DNA from: Amoebidium appalachense
Taxonomy: Eukaryota; Protista; Ichthyosporea
Assembly (NCBI GenBank): GCA_963693365.1
Contig: CAVNZM010000013.1
Location: 7,611,482 to 7,675,481, forward strand
Length of the DNA: 64,000 nt
Reading direction: 5' to 3'
Under the pieces are notes generated by a model that did no database searches, was not told the origin of the DNA, and saw only the letters and a list, made by a program, of their open reading frames with translations. The position numbers were made by a program, and so were the translations under genes. Below, in pieces: positions 27,392 through 39,379 of this stretch. The number at the start of each line of letters is the position of its first letter. The stretch's first letter is position 1.

Positions 27392-28603
27392 ACCCCACCC
27401 CACCCCCCGGCGCGTGGGTACCCCTCAAAAAAAAAAAAAAAAAAAAAAAAACGAAAACGAACGAGAGAAAGCGAAGAACAAAAAAGAAAGAAAGAAAGAG
27501 GGAACAGATCTACCTTGGCCACCACCTTCAAACCCGCCCACATGATTTTCAGCCAACCAGCCAGGGCAGAGCACAGGGCAACTGCCGCAACCGCCAAAGC
27601 CACAGCCACCTGGCGCAGCACCCGTACCCTGTACTGGGGAGGTAGTGACGTCATAGTCAGAGGGGTAAGCTGGGACAGTGACGTCATAGACGGACTAGCC
27701 GGGGTAGTGACGTCATGGGCAGACGGGAGAGGGGGTAGTGACATCAGAGAGAAGGAAGAGGGCTGGGCAACACAGACTGGGAGGGTGGGTCTGGAGGAAA
27801 AGGCGCAGGGGAGGGGAGAGGGAGGGGGCAGAAGGAAGGGATGGGGGACGGGATACTCCAGGAAGGGGGGGGGGGGGGGGGGGGGGGGGTGGGGGGAGGA
27901 GAGGGGGGGGGGGGGGGGGGGGGGAGGGGGGGGGGGGGGGGGGGGGGGACAAGGAAGAAAAGAAGACAAGATAACGGAAGAGAAGAAGAAAGGCACGGGG
28001 TAAAAATGCAAATGTTTCCGCCAGCCCAGCCCCCCCCCCCCCTTCCCCCCTCTTCCCCCGGGGGCTCCCCATTTCCTCCCAAAAATTCAATTCCTTAAGG
28101 CCTAATCAAAAACAGTGCACTCACCCCCATTCCCCTCCTCTTCCGGGTCTACTCCGTCCTATTCCCCCCCCCCCCCCCGCTCCCAAAAGAGGAAGGCGGG
28201 GGGGGGGGGGGGGTTTGAATGCGTCAAAAAGTACGAAGTACACAAGAACAAACGGATAACACGATGCAGAATGCAAGCCATACATAAAGAGTATGCATAA
28301 TAAGCAGAGCCCATCCTCAGGCTGGGGGGGGGGGGGGGGGAGGGGGGGGGGGGGGGGAGCCAAGAAAGGCAAACTCTCTCTCTGTTGCTAAATTTACACT
28401 CCTGATGAATCACTAATCTACTCCCCCCTCCCCCCCTCCCCCCCCCGCGCACACACACAAAAGCCCACCCACGATTTCACATACTAGATCGAGTCGTTGA
28501 CCAATCTATTATTTATATTTTGGTTTCTGGCTTCTCTGCAACCCCCCCCCCCCCCCCCAAAAAAAAGGGGGGGGGGGGACTCCCTCCTCCCTCCCCCCAC
28601 CAA

Positions 28604-28635
<32 letters not shown>

Positions 28636-30327
28636 GGGGGGGGGGGGGGGGGGGAGGGGCCAAAAAAAAAAAAAAAACAGCACGTGGGCGCTCACACACA
28701 CATACAAAACACAAACACACACATTCTCCCTCTCTCTCTCTCCCTCCCTTACTCTCTCTCTCCCCCTCTCCCACTCTCTCTCACCCGACCACTCCCTTAA
28801 TAGCATACCGTGTCATTTGAATTACCTTTTTCTTCTTCTCTTTCTTTCTCTTTCTTTCTATCTTTCTTTCATTCTTCTTTTTCTTTTTTTTTCTTTTTTC
28901 TTTTCTTTTTTTTTTTTGGGACCGGGGGGAGGGGGGGGGAGGGGAGGGGGGGGGGGGGGGGGGGGGGGGGGTTTCACAGTACCTCTGGCAAAACATGAGC
29001 GAGGGTCGAGGCCAAAAACGCCACCAGCTCCCAGAGGTCTATAAATAGAAACACCGTGTGCCTCCATGCCTCGTAGAGAATAAATAGCGGCAGGGCAATG
29101 GAGACGAACACAACCTTCTGCATGAATGGAAGGCGGGAGAAGGAAACCGCGTGATCCGATTGGTTGGCGCTCCTGCAGCGGAGCAACGCCATTCGCTGGT
29201 ACCAACGGCGGTAGTTCTCGCGGTAGGTGCCGTGCACGTGGTATGTGGAAATGGTGGATAGACGGCCTGTGATTGGGTGAAGGGTGTAAACGGTTTGCCT
29301 TTCCTTTCTCATGTCCATGTCTACTTGTATCACTTATGTTCTCGGTTTTTGGCTATTGGGCAAGGCGTGTATCAATGTCATTCCTTCCCCCCCATAATCG
29401 ATCTCTCCTGGTTCGTTCCTGACTGACTCCCTTTGATACATCTTCATGGGGTTGGCCATTCCACCCCTCCCCCCTCCCCTCCCCCCCCTCCCCCTCCCCC
29501 CTCCCCCTCTTCCCCAACAACCACCCCTCTCCCCCCTCCCCCCCTCCCCCACAAAAAAAAAAAGAGAAAGAAAGAAAGAAAGAAAGAAAGGGGGAAAAAC
29601 AAAAAAGCAAAAAGTTTTGAACAAAGAAAAGCACAAGAAGAAAAAGGGCATACATACATAACTCACTCCGCGCACCTTGGACTCCCCAGAGAGCTGTAAA
29701 AACAACAGATGCCAGTTGCACACAGTCACTTCATTCACATAGAAAGCACACCACAAACATCCATCCTCAAATTCTCCCCAGCAGTCACCCGAAAGAAAAC
29801 CAAACGGTAACCCCTGACCCAGCCCTTCCCCCTCCCCCCCCCCCCCCCCCCCCCACCCCACCCCCCACTGTTGTCCCAAAGTTAGATGCCACCCACTACT
29901 TCGACCACTAGGACGAACAAACACAACCTGAAGCACAGAAAAAAAAATCTCATCACTTCTTTGCATGCACACAAACAAACAGAGGCAGACGCCCACTCAG
30001 AGTTGAATACTCATGCAAACTGTACGACCCCCCCCCCCCCCCCCCCCCCTCCCCCCCCCTTCAACCTCCTTCCCCCTCGCCCCCACTCCCGCCCCTCCCT
30101 CCCTTTGACGTGCTCTTCCCTCTTCCTTCTCCTCTTCCCCCTCCCCCCCCGCCTCCCCCTCTTCCTCTTCCCTTCTCCCTCCTCCTACCCCGCGAACCAC
30201 ACGTGCAAACAAACACGAGCAAAAACAACAAAAGGGCCCGTCCGCTAACAGTCTGCCCTAGATCCCTGCCCTTTCAGCCCTCCTCGATTGCTCAAGAAAA
30301 TCCCCCCCCCCTCTCCCCTCCCCTCCC

Positions 30328-30358
<31 letters not shown>

Positions 30359-30695
30359 AACACCCACCCACCCACCCACGCAAACAACCACCCAGCCCTC
30401 CCCCAACCCCCTCACCTCTCAGAACATCTCTCTCGTACAGGTCGTGCCACAGGCCCTTGTTGTGCAAAAACAGAACAGCGAACCTCCTGCTTGCGCAAGC
30501 GGCACGGCACACATCCCTCGGCGACAAGTAGAGGGCTATGCGCGCACCAACCTCAGGCGGGAGAGACTCCCATGCTATCACTACTTGCACTTTATCCTCG
30601 TGTGCAGGTTCCCATTTGGTCACCTCTTGCACAATATCATTTTGTGCGGACTCCAATGCAGACCCTACCATATTTTCACTCTGTGCAGATTCCAT
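20992..30695 (-). CDS. Multi-exon F-box protein (~660 aa) with a long hydrophobic Trp-rich helical repeat C-terminus. Exons: 30416-30695, (29676-29693 possible micro-exon), 28983-29266, 27514-27633, 26729-26836, 25742-25849, 25057-25175, 24507-24576, 23995-24027, ~23229-23376 (acceptor uncertain), ~22952-23044, 22014-22228, 20992-21381
   Basis: F-box motif [31 protein letters not shown]...LW in exon 1. The listed exons have GT-AG borders with mutually compatible phases and give one open frame to the stop at 20992. Confidence 0.75.
25469..25735. repeat. Intronic minisatellite, ~32-bp unit, ~8 copies
   Basis: Tandem AGCCAATCACCACATACCAACACACCAAGATC variants immediately downstream of the donor at 25741. 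Confidence 0.9.
27638..27746. repeat. Degenerate intronic tandem repeat (~25-33 bp, 4 copies) containing GTGACGTCA
   Basis: Repeated GGGTAGTGACGTCAT-like units next to the acceptor at 27634. Confidence 0.7.
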
Positions 30696-31804
30696 GGTTG
30701 GCACCACATGACGTGTTGCTCTGGAACTGGTGTGTCCTCCACTCTCGCAGCCCTGTTGTGAGTACCCCTTGCGTTGAACCTAAAAAAGCGCTTCATTTCC
30801 GTATGTCTAATGGAGGCTCTTCAATACTGCGCACCTGATTTAAATTGATTTGAATTGATGTTGGCCAAAAGTCTTGCTTGAGGAATTGCCGGAGGTGAAA
30901 GAGCAAACGTGCCCTTTTTTTTTGGACACCAAAAGACACTCCTATGTTACTATATAGACACGCACATATCTTTCACAGAGCCTGCTCACAGTTAAGTTTT
31001 AAGTTATGAACGCATTATCACACCGCGGCAGTGCTTGAAACATGGCTTGGAAAAACTCGAGTAAACAGCGTAAACCCCAAAACATCTTCACAACCTGCGC
31101 AAGGCTTTTCTTCGCATTCGCGGCTCGAAAAATCCAATTCACATCACTCACTCGTGCTTGCCTCATGCCCCCCGTGTCCGTGGAGTGCAGGCCGTCGTGC
31201 CTGCACCCAAGGGGCTGGCCGAGGCGGGGGCCGCCAGGGGGGTCCATGCCATGAGCCCCCCCCCCGCACCAGCCGGGGCTGGGCCCCGCCTCGACATGCT
31301 TTATTGCCGCTGCAATCGGGCTGTGAGCCAGTCACAGTCGCATACGTACACCGTCATGTATACAGACTTAGAGGTGGGTGGGTGGGAGCCGCCGTGTGCT
31401 AGCCACCGAAAACGCAATCGTGCTAACAAAAACCGTACGTGCAGCACACGGCGAAAACGAAGGTGGCCTGCATCTGCAGTGTGCTGCGCCGGAAATACCG
31501 GCGCTGGTGGCGCCTGACGTCAGGCGCTGCGCCAGACCGATGTCAGCCGCCGCTGCGGCTGCGCCTGGCGCCGCGGCCCGTGACGTCATGGGCCGCCCGG
31601 CTGCCTGCGCCCGAAGTGATACGTGAAACATCTTTCATCTGCTGCGCATATGAAACGTACATTCACATCACTCACTCGTGCTTGCCTCATGCCCCCCGTG
31701 TCCGTGGAGTGCAGGCCGTCGTGCCTGCACCCAAGGGGCTGGCCGAGGCGGGGGCCGCCAGGGGGGGTCCATGCCATGAGCCCCCCCCGCACCACAAGGC
31801 CCCC

Positions 31805-32315
31805 CTACTGCGATGTAGGGGGTCCGCCCCAAGGTCCCGTGGCGAGGCCCTGGTGTGACCAGACGGTGGCAATGGAGGCTTGCACGTCGCGGTGGGGCAG
31901 CCGGATGTAGACCATGAATGCGTCTGATGCCCAGCGGCCAAGGGCTTTGATGGTGGCGTCAGGTAGGCCCGATCTCTCAGCTGCAGTGGCCCCCCCTATG
32001 CGCAGGCTGTGGCCGGCGTACCGGTCGGGGTCGTAGCCCGCATGGTGTAGAGCTGTGCGGAAACCGGCGATGAAGGTGCTCTTGAGGTAAGGGCTGCCGT
32101 CGACGCTGAACAGGGGTGCATCTGGGTGGATGCCTGCCCTGGTTGACGAGACCCCCCAGGAAGAGGGCTAGATTGGCTGCTGGGCAGAAGGAAGGCTCCT
32201 CCGGGAAGGCGGGCACCCGGATGGTAACACCCTTGCCCGTGGGGTCGGTCTTAGATGTCGGCAGGAAGACTGTTGCCCCAATCAGGCGGCCACCCTGCCA
32301 TAGGAGCTGGACGTC
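31805..32315 (-). pseudogene. Tyrosine recombinase, C-terminal half (one frameshift near 32120-32160)
   Basis: Manual translation: DVQLLW..FLPTSKTDPTGKG..FCPAANL / DAPLFS..YAGHSLRIGGATAA..GLPDATIKALGRWASDAFMVYIRLP; stop at 31805. Confidence 0.9.
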
Positions 32316-33199
32316 TGTAAACAGTTGGACTAGTTAGGATAAGGCAGAGTACAACTGAATCAAAATAAAGACAGAGAACGGGTAGAAAGGCACACGCGGC
32401 CAGGTTGCTTTTACTATGGGCCGACTCAGTCTGTCTCAGACTTCACTGATGTGATCCCCGTACTGGGACGGCTTTCTTATATAGCCCCCAGGTTTCGGAT
32501 CAAGGCCCAGGATTGGTTCATCCGCGGCCAGCGCGGGTGGCAACATGCCATTCGTGATTCTGGTGCGGTCCGAGCCAGTCAGACCTTTGTCCTATTTATG
32601 CAAACCTCTTATTGGTTCACTTCGTTTATGTGGTATGCAGCTGAAGAACCATATATGGTTCAATTCTTAGGTCAGAGTGAGTCCTATTGGTGCGGACATA
32701 ATATTTATGTGATATTCATGACAAAGCACGAATCGTGTGCTAGTAGATCACATTCTTTAGTAAACATGTACAGTTCATGTGTACAGTTGTTTACACTCCC
32801 CCCCTTGTCGGGAGCCTGGTGGTGTCGTTAGACAAGCAAACCACCAGGCTGAGAGGCGATAAACAACCTTCAGCGAGAATTCTTGTGTGTGCCGAGCTGC
32901 TGGACAGAACAGAGCAAGGACGGTGGAATAGAGTTGTGCACGTCTATGAGCACTTCTTCATTTGCCAAAACGTAAATTCATGCAGCATTCTTCTGTGATT
33001 TCATTTTCGTGGCGAAGATTGTTGCAGAGTGTGCGTGCGAATAATTCGCTAAGCCTTCGTCTCTGTGCTTGGCTTTTCTGTAGAAGTAGTATTTTCCTTT
33101 TTGGGAATTTTTCCTTTTTAGGATACTCCCGCAGATTCGTTTTCAATTGCGAGTAATTTGGTTGTGTGGATGAATGATCATACCAAACATTCGATAATG

Positions 33200-34750
33200 A
33201 ATATAACTCGAGCCTTAGGTCACTTCGTAGCTCAGGTAGTGGTGGATAGCTTCAAGGCTTAGCCGCTGCTCCTTATCCCGGTTCTACCTTAAGACTGTAA
33301 GGCGAGTCACCATGGCCGGAAAAGCCACTTCTTTCATGAACAAAGAGCACTTCTTTCCTTTCAGCTTTAACCCTGCACCATCGGAGCTGGGAAAAACAGA
33401 ATAAAAATGCCCAAGTGTTCTTCGTTGGGCGACATAAAGAAATATATCACCCGTCAGAACCAGTAAAAGCCCGGTTCATAATTCATAAGAAGAGGGTAGG
33501 CAAAGCAAGCCTCCTTCAGAAAACACATGCTTCCATTCGTGAGCAGTTTTCGTATCCCATTTGCCAGCCATTTTCGTTGAGCAGGGGGATTCCAGGCATA
33601 ATACATTCTTCTGGAGGCTTGGCCTAAAAAGAAAAGTCGTCGCAGTCGCCCTTTCTTTTGTAAGCAACTTCGTGAGCGCGCTTCGTGTTTTCATATCCTC
33701 CAGTGCAGGTCTGGATGGTGCCCCATCCTCTGCTTCATTTGTAGGTGGCCCTACTGTAGGTTCTGTTCGTTGTGTGGAATACCAAAACCATTCGTATTCG
33801 TGGAACTGCTTTGTGCTGTGCTTTCTTTCGTGTTGGTGTTCATGAAGCTACCCCGTTCACACACCCTACTTCTTACATACATTAGATGTAAGTAGCTGCC
33901 TGGTGAGTGTGTGGTTCGTGTTCGTGGCATTCTTCTGTTCCTTCGTGAGAAGAATATTCGTTTTAGCAGAGGTGCCCAATAAGGTAGCTTGTGGGGTTGT
34001 CTCCCGCATGTGCCCATTGGTGGGGTATGCACGTGCTAAATTGTTACAGTGTCATCATATTGCAAGGGAATAACATGGTCACCTCCGTACCAGGGCCTAG
34101 GTACACATGATGGTCCGATGTGTTAGTCAACAACACCTTGCATTCGTATTCGTATTCGTCTTCCACGTCACTTTCTTCAGTAGTGAAGGAGGGTATTCGT
34201 AATTCGAAACTGAAAGGCTTCTAGCCAAAATACTGACACTGTATGATGGGGTTGTGAGGGAGCGGTGCCCATACCACATTCTTTTGTTCTGGTGGGGGTG
34301 TGCCGGCAGCTAGTGCAAGGCTTGACAGTGTAATTGGTATGTTACACAGTATTGCCACTGACGGGCAATCACCTTAAAATTCGTACCCAACACATTCTTT
34401 GTTTTTCACATGCATGAACAAAAGTTCTGCATCGACTTTATTACATGCCTTTTGTGCACCAAGAGTGCAAATTCGTTAGGGCGTGGCACCAGGAAGGGCC
34501 GCCATACATGAGGCATATGCTCGTAATGTGTTTAGGCATGCCAGCATACATTCATGCGCATGTTGTGCATCCTGTGCGCTAAACTATGGGGCATGCTGTA
34601 TTCGAAAACAGCAAGAAATTCGAATCATGCATGCAAAACTACTTTCACAGCACCTTATGTCCTCAATGCTATAGGAACAGCGACTATCTTCTTCTTTAAA
34701 TGCATTCGTGCTGAAAGTGGCCGTGCATCATGATGATCTGGCTTGCGAGT
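33200..34750 (-). pseudogene. Heavily decayed gypsy pol remnant
   Basis: GAGLKLKGKKCSLFMKEVAF near 33320-33380 resembles the gypsy RT C-terminal LKLK.EKC.F...EV.FLGH motif. NVLGTNF near 34380-34400 resembles a protease ILG.DF motif. Many stops and frameshifts. Confidence 0.55.
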
Positions 34751-36529
34751 GTGGACGTGCATGCGGTGGCATGGACACGATGACAGTGTGCAATAGCGCA
34801 ATGCACGCAAGGGCAACGGTTTTCTTTTCTTCGTAACATAGAGGGGGCTGTGTGCATTGCAACCCAAGCAGTGTTGTGCATTCGTTCTTTCATTTTCGTA
34901 TTTCCATTTCATTTTGCTTTCGTTTTTCGTTTTTTGTCGTTTGATAACTTCGTTACTTTGTTTTGTTTTGTGTTGCATTCATTTCGTATTTCCTCTATGC
35001 ATTCGCTTGTCGTTAATTCTTTATTTCATTGTGTATTCGTGATGGTTCGTTTTTCGTTGGTTCATTGCTTCGTTAGCAATTCTTTATTCGTTTGTTCGTG
35101 TATTCGTTGTTTCGTTGTGTATTCGTTTTTCTTCACATTTTTGATGTGTCGTAGCAAAAGAAGTTTTACATGCTTTCAATTCTTTCCGTGTAGGTGGGCT
35201 GGCCACTTCAAACTTGTCGGTGTATATATTCTAAGCCGGACAAGGAAAGATGTGCCTATCATCGGGGTAAAAAGGATTGTGATCGGCCATGGGAGATTCT
35301 TGAGCTGATTGAAAGATTGATGTGAGATTCTTGAACTGATTGAAAGATGTGAGATTCGAAGGATGCGAGATTCTTGAACTGCGCGGTCGCCAATGTAAAC
35401 AGTTGGACTAGTTAGGATAAGGCAGAGTACAACTGAATCAAAATAAAGACAGAGAACGGGTAGAAAGGCACACGCGGCCAGGTTGCTTTTACTATGGACC
35501 GACTCAGTCTGTCTCAGACTTCACTGATGTGATCCCCGTACTGGGACGGCTTTCTTATATAGCCCCCAGGTTTCGGATCAAGGCCCAGGATTGGTTCATC
35601 CGCGGCCAGCGCGGGTGGCAACATGCCATTCGTGATTCTGGTGCGGTCCGAGCCAGTCAGACCTTCATCAGCAAACATCACCCCGAGCTTTTTTGGGTAA
35701 CATTGTCATCTTTTTATAACATTTTGGGTACCAATGTCGTACGAGGGTATACAATGTTACCAGTGTACAAACCCTAAATACAGATTGCTAACATCGTGTT
35801 ACAATTGTGTGTAACAGTATGGCAGTGGTATCACCCTGTATAACACACCGTTACCAGCATGTCACACAGAATGATATCACAGTTTTACACGGTCTGGTAA
35901 CTATAATATATACAGTGTTACAAATGTGGTATCTTTAACGCATACATGATTGTACAACGTTGGTACACAATGACACCATAATGGTACATATTGGTATAAC
36001 TGTTTGATATACCGGGGTAACCATTATATACCATTACGGTAACACCATCTTACCACGCCGGACACCGAACGGATACATTTGTTGACATTGTGTTGCCATA
36101 AATTTAACTTTATTTTACATAGTGGTGACGCATTCGTACCAATATGCCAAATTCCTGTATACCACGGGATAACACAGGAGTCACCAATGCTATACAAAGC
36201 CTTGAGTTATACTTCAGGTAACTAAAATCTACAATTCATGTACCAAAGGTGAACCCAGGTATACCACGAGAACGACACATGTTTACCATTTATACATTAC
36301 GGATAACATTAAAACGACATTACGATACCATTTGTATACGTTGACATGCCCGTTTGGTAACAAATGGGTGGTATTCGGTATATACATTTTACTTTTATGT
36401 TAACCATACCGTACCATATTGTTATCAATTTGTATTCCCCCCCCCCCCCCCCCCCCCCCCCCTCCCCCCTCCCTCCAGTTCTGCAGACAGACACGAAGAT
36501 GATGATCACTTTTTCTTTTTACTAAGTAC

Positions 36530-36690
36530 TTGTGGGGCATCAAGCACACAAGTAAACAGCACAACTAATATACCACCCCAGGTGGCATCCTACAGCACAC
36601 AAGTTAACAACACAACTAACATACCACCCCAGGTGGCTCCTACAGCACACAAGTTAACAACACAACTAACATACCACCCCAGGTGGCATC
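36530..36690. repeat. ~52-bp tandem repeat, 3 copies
   Basis: CAGCACACAAGTTAACAACACAACTAACATACCACCCCAGGTGGC units. Confidence 0.85.
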
Positions 36691-37326
36691 CATTCTCTAT
36701 TATCTACTTTATCTCGCATCTCGTAACAACATTACTCTTATGCAAACAAAAAATACCAAAACGAATCATGACAAAAAAAGAAAAAAAAAGAAAAAAAAAG
36801 AAGAAAAAAACTACCACACAAGCACAACAGGCTGGGCTGGGGCCGCATTTTAAGGCGGCGTCTCCTTCTCACTGATCTGCTGGCCGGGAGGGGTTGCAGT
36901 GGGGGTCGAAGGTTGCTGAGCACGTGGGGCCCCGTCGTCGGCAGGGGGGGGGGGGTGGAAGACCTGGGAGGGGAGTCTTTCTTCTCCTCCTTTTCTTCTG
37001 TGGCCTTCTTCTCGAGACGGCGGAGAATCTCCTGGTGGCTCGCCAACTCCTGGAGAACAATGCATGTTAGATATGCATAAAGCAACTTGAAAGCGAAAGC
37101 AACTTGAAAGCGTATTCCCCTCCACCCAAAAAGACTAACCATCTAATCTATACAATCAACCAAACTCCTACAACATGTGTAAGTAGAGGTGATAAAAAAT
37201 GCTGTGAGTCCTCTCCCATGATAACAACAAAGCTCTTCATTGTGTCTGGTCGTGAGCAACACAGAAACGAGAAACGGAAACAACAGCAGCCATAGGACTG
37301 AAGAGCCGGTACCCACCTCTAGAGTG

Positions 37327-38183
37327 GCAAAAAAAGAGTCGACAGAACCAACCTCAAACATAGTAAGGACGGAAACCCGGACCAGAACTTATGAAGTCTA
37401 GAGAAGCAGAAAATAGCTTGAACGACTGGTGGAGGGGATGATAGCTATAGTGCTAACAGCAAAAGTAGTGCCCACAGTCGCTGGTTCATGAACGTGAAAA
37501 GGCAACGTGCATCTGCAGCCAGCAGGCACACGCACACGCACGCACGCATGCACACATACACACACAGACACAGCACAGACACAGACATAATCACAGGCAC
37601 GGACACAGACCAGACAGACAAACGCCACATGCACAAAAGCAGGCAACACAAAACTAACCTTTAAACGGCCTTTCAGCCGTTAGGCGAAGAAGCTGCAGCA
37701 TGCAGCATGGTCAAAACCATTCAGCACGGTGGCTGCGCGACCTGCGGAGGGCAAAAAAAGAGTCGACAGAACCAACCTCAAACATAGTAAGGACGGAAAC
37801 CCGGACCAGAACTTATGAAGTCTAGAGAAGCAGAAAATAGCTTGAACGACTGGTGGAGGGGATGATAGCTATAGTGCTAACAGCAAAAGTAGTGCCCACA
37901 GTCGCTGGTTCATGAACGTGAAAAGGCAACGTGCATCTGCAGCCAGCAGGCACACGCACACGCACGCGCACACACACACATACACACACACGCACACAGA
38001 CACAGACACAGACACAGACATAATCACAGGCACGGACACAGACCAGACAGACAAACGCCACATGCACAAAAGCAGGCAACACAAAACTAACCTTCAAACG
38101 GCCTTTCAGCCGTTAGGCGAAGATGCTGCAGCATGCAGCATGGTCGAAACCATTCAGCACGGTGGCTGCGCGACCTGCGGAGG
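37327..38183. repeat. Tandem duplication of ~425 bp
   Basis: 37327-37750 is nearly identical to 37751-38183, and the duplicated ORFs are visible in the track. A GACCTGCG/ACCAGGC minisatellite follows to ~38295. Confidence 0.9.
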
Positions 38184-38915
38184 GGACCTGTGACCAGGCG
38201 ACCTGCGGGAAGGGAACTGCGACCAGGCGACCTGCGAGAAGGGACCTGCGACCAGGCGACCTGCGGGAAAGGACCTGCGGACCTGCGGGAAGGGGAAGAG
38301 AAATGGAGCAAACGACGTGCGTACAGACTTAAACGGACAAAAAATTGCAAACCGGATTGGGTTTAGCCAATCACTATTTGCTATCAGAAGATGGTGTACA
38401 TAATGTGATTGGATCGATTCTCGGCGGATCGGTGAGGTTGGCGATATGGTGGACATATATTTCGGACACCGTTGTCATATGTTCCGACGGAGCTTAAGTT
38501 ATAACGTTAACGCTGTTTACTCGAGGCCTATCCCCGGTTTACGTAGAAAGGTCATGTGTGGGGGAAGATGTGAACACCCAGACGTGTATGTACACCCGGG
38601 CAGGTCTGTGTACTCGTTGTTATGTTAATTGTTGGTTGATGGAGTACATCCTCAACGCGACGTATACACGCGTGCGTGCGATTCAGGAAGGGGTCCCCAT
38701 ATGGCTCTCGTATTATTTATATTCGTGTGATATATATATTCTATGTACTAGGCTATCTATTACCAATATACGTTACGTATTGATACAATATCACCAATAC
38801 TAATTAAATATCGTCACGTGTGATGGTGATGGCATCCGATCGAGTCCATGTAGCTCTGCAGCAGTGTGTGTGTGTGTGGTGCGTGTGTGTGTGGTGTGGA
38901 GAGGCGGCCTGGGGT

Positions 38916-38955
<40 letters not shown>

Positions 38956-38964
38956 GGGCCCAGT

Positions 38965-39013
<49 letters not shown>

Positions 39014-39267
39014 TAGGCAAATACCAGACAGTGATGCATAATTGCACATTCTTTTGCAGCTACAGTTTGATGATATTTACCCACCGTGTGCACCACACAT
39101 GTGACCCCAGTCTTCCGAGGTGGTGTCACAGGTGGGCGCCAACACCAATAAATTGAATGGTGACGGGTGTACAACCAAAGAAACTCAGCAGCACATATAA
39201 TAACGTTGATGCTATACCCTGCCTAGTTAACGTAATAATTAGTGCACCATCGCACGCGTGACCCCCC

Positions 39268-39300
<33 letters not shown>

Positions 39301-39379
39301 GGGGGGGTGTTTTTGCCGCGCGGTACCCCTGATATTGTAGGTGTACACTGCCCCCACAACCCCAACTGTGTGTTGAATA

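Noticed and set aside
29267-29333. 5' extension of the F-box exon ([11 protein letters not shown]...)
   Set aside because: Would need a purine-rich AAG acceptor; the CAG at 29267 has a better pyrimidine context and the same phase.
32451-32831. 126-aa ORF repeated at 35529 and 47034
   Set aside because: Chance ORF within the LTR sequence; the repetition reflects the LTR copies.
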